Shown here piece by piece: positions 59,907 through 64,000 of a stretch of 64,000 bases of DNA (positions within the stretch are counted from its first letter, which is position 1; each line of letters begins with the position of its first letter). The notes beneath the pieces are model-generated. The model was not told where the DNA came from. It searched no databases and worked only from the letters and a program-made list of their open reading frames with translations. Origin of the DNA: the human T2T-CHM13v2.0 reference genome, Homo sapiens; the NCBI RefSeq assembly GCF_009914755.1, contig NC_060940.1; one strand, given 5' to 3'. Both the position numbers and the translations under genes were made by a program.

Positions 59907-62900
59907 GAGTCCATGCGATGATTCCACTCAATTCCATATCATGATGATTCCATTCGATTCCATTCGATGATTCCATTCTATTCTATTCAATGGTGATTCC
60001 ATTCGAGTACATTAGATGATTCCATTCGATTCCATTCAATGATGATTCTATTTGTGTCCCTTAGATGATTCCACATGATTCCATTAGATGATGATACTAT
60101 TTGAGCCCATCCAATGATTCCCTTCGATTCCATTCGATGAGGATTCCATTCGATTCAATTCATTGGTGATTCTATTCAATTCAATTCTTTGATTCCATTC
60201 CATTCCATTCGACAATGATTCCATTCGATTTCTTTCGATGATTCCACTCGATTCCACTTGACATTGATTCCATTCGATTCCATTCATTGATTCCATTTGA
60301 TTCCAGTGGGTGATGATTGCCATCGATTCCATTCGATCACTCCATTCTATTCCATTTGATGATGATTACATTCGATTCCATTTGATGATTCCATCTGATT
60401 CTATTCCAGGATTCAATTTGATTCCATTCGATGATGATTCCATTCGAGTACATTCGATGATTTCATTCGAGTACATCCAATGATTCCATTCGAGTCCATT
60501 TGATGATTCCATTTGATTCCATTTGATTATGATTCTACTAGAGTCCATTCAATGACTCCATTCGAATCCATTCAACAATTCCATTCGACTCCATTCGATG
60601 ATTCCATTCGATTCCATTTGATGATTCCATTGGGTTCAATTCAATGATGATTACATTGGATTCCGTTCTATGATTCCATTCAATTCCGTTCATTGACAAT
60701 TTGATTCCATTCGATGATGATTCCATTTGAGTTCATTCGATGATTCTATTCGATTCTCTTCGATGGTGATTCAATTCTATTATATTAGATGATTCCATTC
60801 GATTCCATTTGATGTTGATTCAATTCGATTCTATTCGATGATGATTCCATTGGATTTCACTTGATGATTCTATTCGATTCCATTCAATGATGATTCACTT
60901 CTCGTCCATTGGATGATTCCATTTCATTCCATTCGATGATGATTCCATTCGATTCCATTCGATGATTCCATTTGATTCCATGCGACGGTTAGCAATTCGA
61001 TTCAATTCCATGATGATTCTATTTGATTCAATTAGATGATGTTTCCATTCGAATCCATTCCATGATTATTCCATTGGAATCCATTCGGCGATGATTCCAT
61101 ATGAGTCAATTCAATGATGATTCCATATGGGTCCGTTCGATGATAATTCCATTTGATTTCATTCGATGCTTCTATTCAATTCCAGTCGATGATGATTCCG
61201 TTGGAGTCCATACGATGATTCCATTTGATTTCATTTCATGATGATTCCATTCGATGATGATTACATTGGATTCCATTCTATGATTCCATTCAATTCCATT
61301 CGTTGATGATTCGATTCCATTCAATGATGATTCCATTTGAGTTCATTCGGTGATTCTATTCGATTCCATTCTATGGTGATTCAATTCTCTTATATTGGAT
61401 GATTCGACTCGATTCCATTTGATGATTATTCCATTGGAGTCCACTTAGTGAATCCTTTAGATTCTACTCGAAGATGATTCCATTCGAGTCCATTCGATGA
61501 TACCATTCAATTCCATTCGTTGATGCTTCCATTCAAGTGCATTCGATGATATCATTCGATTCCATTTGAGGATAATTCCATTTGATTCCATGCGATGATT
61601 CTATTCGATTCCATTCAATGATAATTCCATTCAATTCAGTGATTCCTCTGGACTCCATTTGATGATGATTCCATTCAATGATTCCATTCGATTCTATTCG
61701 AAAATGATTACATTTGAATCCATTTGATGACGATTCCATTCCATTCCATTTGATGATTCCATACTATTCTATTCGATGATGATTCCATTCGATTCCATTC
61801 GATGATGATTGGATTCGATTCCATTTGATGATTTCATTTGATTCCATTCGTTAATGATTTCGATCAATTCCATTCGATGATTCCATTCGATTCCATTCGA
61901 TAATGATTACATCCGAGTCCATTCGATGATTCCATTTGAGCCTGTTCGATAATTCCATTTGAGTCCAACCAATGATTCCATTCATTTCCATTCAATGATT
62001 CCATTCGAGTCCATTTGATCATTCCGGTAGGGTCCATTCGATGTTGATTCCATTGGAGTGCATTCGATGATTCCATTCGAGTCCATTTTAGGATTTGATT
62101 CGAGTCCTTTCGATGATTCCATTCGATTCCACTCGATGATGATTTCATTCGAGTCCATTCGACACTTCCAATCGATTCCATTTGATGATTCCATTCGAGT
62201 CCAATTGATGATTCCATTCAATTCCATTCGATGATGATTCCGTACGATTCCATTCTGTGATGATTCCATGTGATTGCATTCAATGATGATTCCTTTCGAT
62301 TGCATTCGATTATGATTCATTTCGTGTTCATTCTATGGTTCCACAGGTTTCCATTCGTGTCCATTCCATTATTCCATTCTATTCCATTTGATGATGATTC
62401 CATTCGATTCCATTCATTGGTGATTCCACTCAATTCCATTCAATGATTCCATTCCATTTCTTTCAACAATGATTCCATTAGTTTCTAATCGAGGATCCAC
62501 TTGATTCCATTTGACGACGATTCCATTCTTGTCCATTCGATGATTCCATTTGATTCCATATGATGATGATTCCATTCGATTCCATACCATGATGATTCCA
62601 TTCGAGTCCATTCAATGGTGATTCCATTCAATTCCATTCGATGATTCCTTTCGATTCCATTCGATGATGATGGCATTCGATTCCTTTCAATCATTCCCTT
62701 TGATTCCATTCAAAGGTGATTTCATTCAAGTCCATTCGATAATTGCATTCGATTCCATTCTATGATGATTCCATTCGAGTCCATTTGATGATTCCATTCA
62801 ATTCAAGTCAATGATGATTCCATTCGATTCCATTCGATGATTCCATTGGATTCCATTCGATGATGATTCCATTCACATCCATTCGATAATTCAATTCAAG

Positions 62901-64000
62901 TCCATTCGATGATGATTCCAATCGAATCCATTCAAAGATTCCATTCAGTTCCATTCGATGATTCCCTTGGATTCCATTCGAGGATTCCACTTGATTGCAT
63001 TTACGATGATTCCATTCGATTCCATGTGATGATTCCATTCAATTCTATTCAATGCTTTTTCCATTTGATTCCATTCGACCATGATTGCCTTTGATTCCAT
63101 TCAATGATTCCATTCGGTTCCGTTTGATGATGATTCCGTTCGATTCCATTTGATGATTCCATTGGATTCCATTGGATGAGTCCATTCGATTACATTCGAT
63201 GATTATTCCATTCGAGTGCATTAGATGATTCCATTCGAGTCCATTCGATGATTCCATTCGATTCCATTCGATGTTGATTCTGTTCAAATCCATTCGATGA
63301 TTCCACTCGATTCCATTCGTTGACTCCATTTGATCCCATTCGATGATTTCCTTTGATTCCCTTTGATGATCATTCCATTTGATTCAATTCGGTGATTTCA
63401 TTTGATTCCATTCAGTGATGTTTCCATTCGACTCCATTCGATGATGATTCCATTCGACTCCATTCGATTATGATTTCATTCAATTCCATTCGATAATGAT
63501 TCCCTTCGAGTCCATTCGATGATTCCATTCGATTCCATTCAACGATGATTTGATTCGTGTCCATTCGATGATTCCATTTGATTCCACTTGATGATGATTC
63601 CATTCGAGTCCATTTGATGATTCCATTCAATTCCATACTCCGATGATTTCTTTTGAGCCCACTCAATGCTTCCACTCGATTCCATATGATGATGACTCCA
63701 TTCGATGAAATTCGATGATGATTCCATTCGCTTGCTTTCGATGATGATTCCACTTGAGTCCGTTAGAAGATTCTATTCAATTACATTCCAGGACGATTCC
63801 GTTCGAGTCCATTTGATGATTCCATTAGACTCCATTCGACGATGATTCCATTCGATGTTATTCCATGATTCCATTCGATCTCATTCGATGATGATTCCAT
63901 TCAACTCCATTCGATGTTTCCATTCGAGTTCATTCTATTATTCCATTAGATTCCATTCGATGATGATTCCATTCGATTCCATTTGATGATTGCATTCTAT
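59907..64000 (+). repeat. Higher-order unit 11 (partial, cut by window end at unit position 5323; 1180- and 49-bp deletions; B/A mosaic)
   Basis: Anchor at 59907; ORF offsets are -1180 (61533) and -1229 (61864 onward). Confidence 0.92.

Larger units (their letters stand above)
1..64000 (+). repeat. Human Satellite II (HSat2/HSATII)-type tandem array, single orientation; probably the ~6.1-kb-period HSat2B family (chr16 pericentromere by recollection)
   Basis: Continuous degenerate ATTCCATTCG-ATTCCATTCG-ATG(ATG) and GAGTCCATTC monomers, dense in TCGA (TaqI) and GANTC (HinfI) sites. CATTCGATTC/GATGAT content fits HSat2 rather than the (CATTC)n of HSat3. The family call is confident; the chromosome/subfamily call is inference from the period only. 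Confidence 0.97.

Noticed and set aside
34792-63094. Three plus-strand ORFs (34792, 54775, 62909)
   Set aside because: Each arises from chance loss of stop codons in one unit, is only 60-61 aa, and is not maintained in sister units.
178-63753. Numerous 60-137 aa ORFs, nearly all on the minus strand (MESSSNGIEWNHRM-like)
   Set aside because: These are direct translations of the GAATG/ATC monomers, which are ATG-rich and stop-poor on that strand. They overlap in several frames, have low complexity and no recognisable domain, and are gained and lost by random SNVs between units.
1-64000. CRISPR-like array or other repeat-spacer system
   Set aside because: There are no unique spacers, constant direct repeat, leader or cas genes; the sequence between motifs is itself degenerate monomer.
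1-64000. A novel gene-encoded system, mobile element or integrated virus with a 6.1-kb unit (LINE-1-like length)
   Set aside because: The unit is satellite throughout, with no long ORF, terminal repeats, poly(A) or target-site duplication. The size similarity is coincidental.
1-64000. HSat3, alpha satellite/CENP-B boxes, telomeric repeats or a large strand inversion
   Set aside because: There are no long pure (CATTC)n runs, no 171-bp alphoid monomer, no TTAGGG tracts (only isolated single hexamers) and no GAATG-rich segment on the + strand.

Overview
The whole 64 kb is one uninterrupted, single-orientation satellite array with the signature of primate (human-type) Satellite II (HSat2/HSATII). 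It consists of degenerate 23/26-bp monomers, roughly (ATTCCATTCG)2(ATG)1-2, with the CATTC-rich strand on +. The monomers are organised into a 6112-bp higher-order unit, present as 10 complete copies plus one partial copy. With phase set at base 1, units start at 1, 6113, 12225, 18337, 24449, 30561, 36673, 42779, 48836, 53795 and 59907. A period of about 6.1 kb is what I recall for the large chr16 pericentromeric HSat2B block; this is not verified here. No protein-coding gene, RNA gene, transposon or CRISPR array is supportable, and the ORF track is a translation artefact of the satellite. I found no new gene-encoded system. What the window does show is a readable record of satellite turnover: single-unit tandem duplications of different ages, two sequence subtypes with mappable switch points, two independent ~1.15-kb microhomology-flanked deletions, a recurrently rearranged 2x49-bp site, short clustered-substitution tracts, and at least 8 DUX4-consensus matches per unit. 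All comparisons were done by eye, anchored on the ORF-track offsets.
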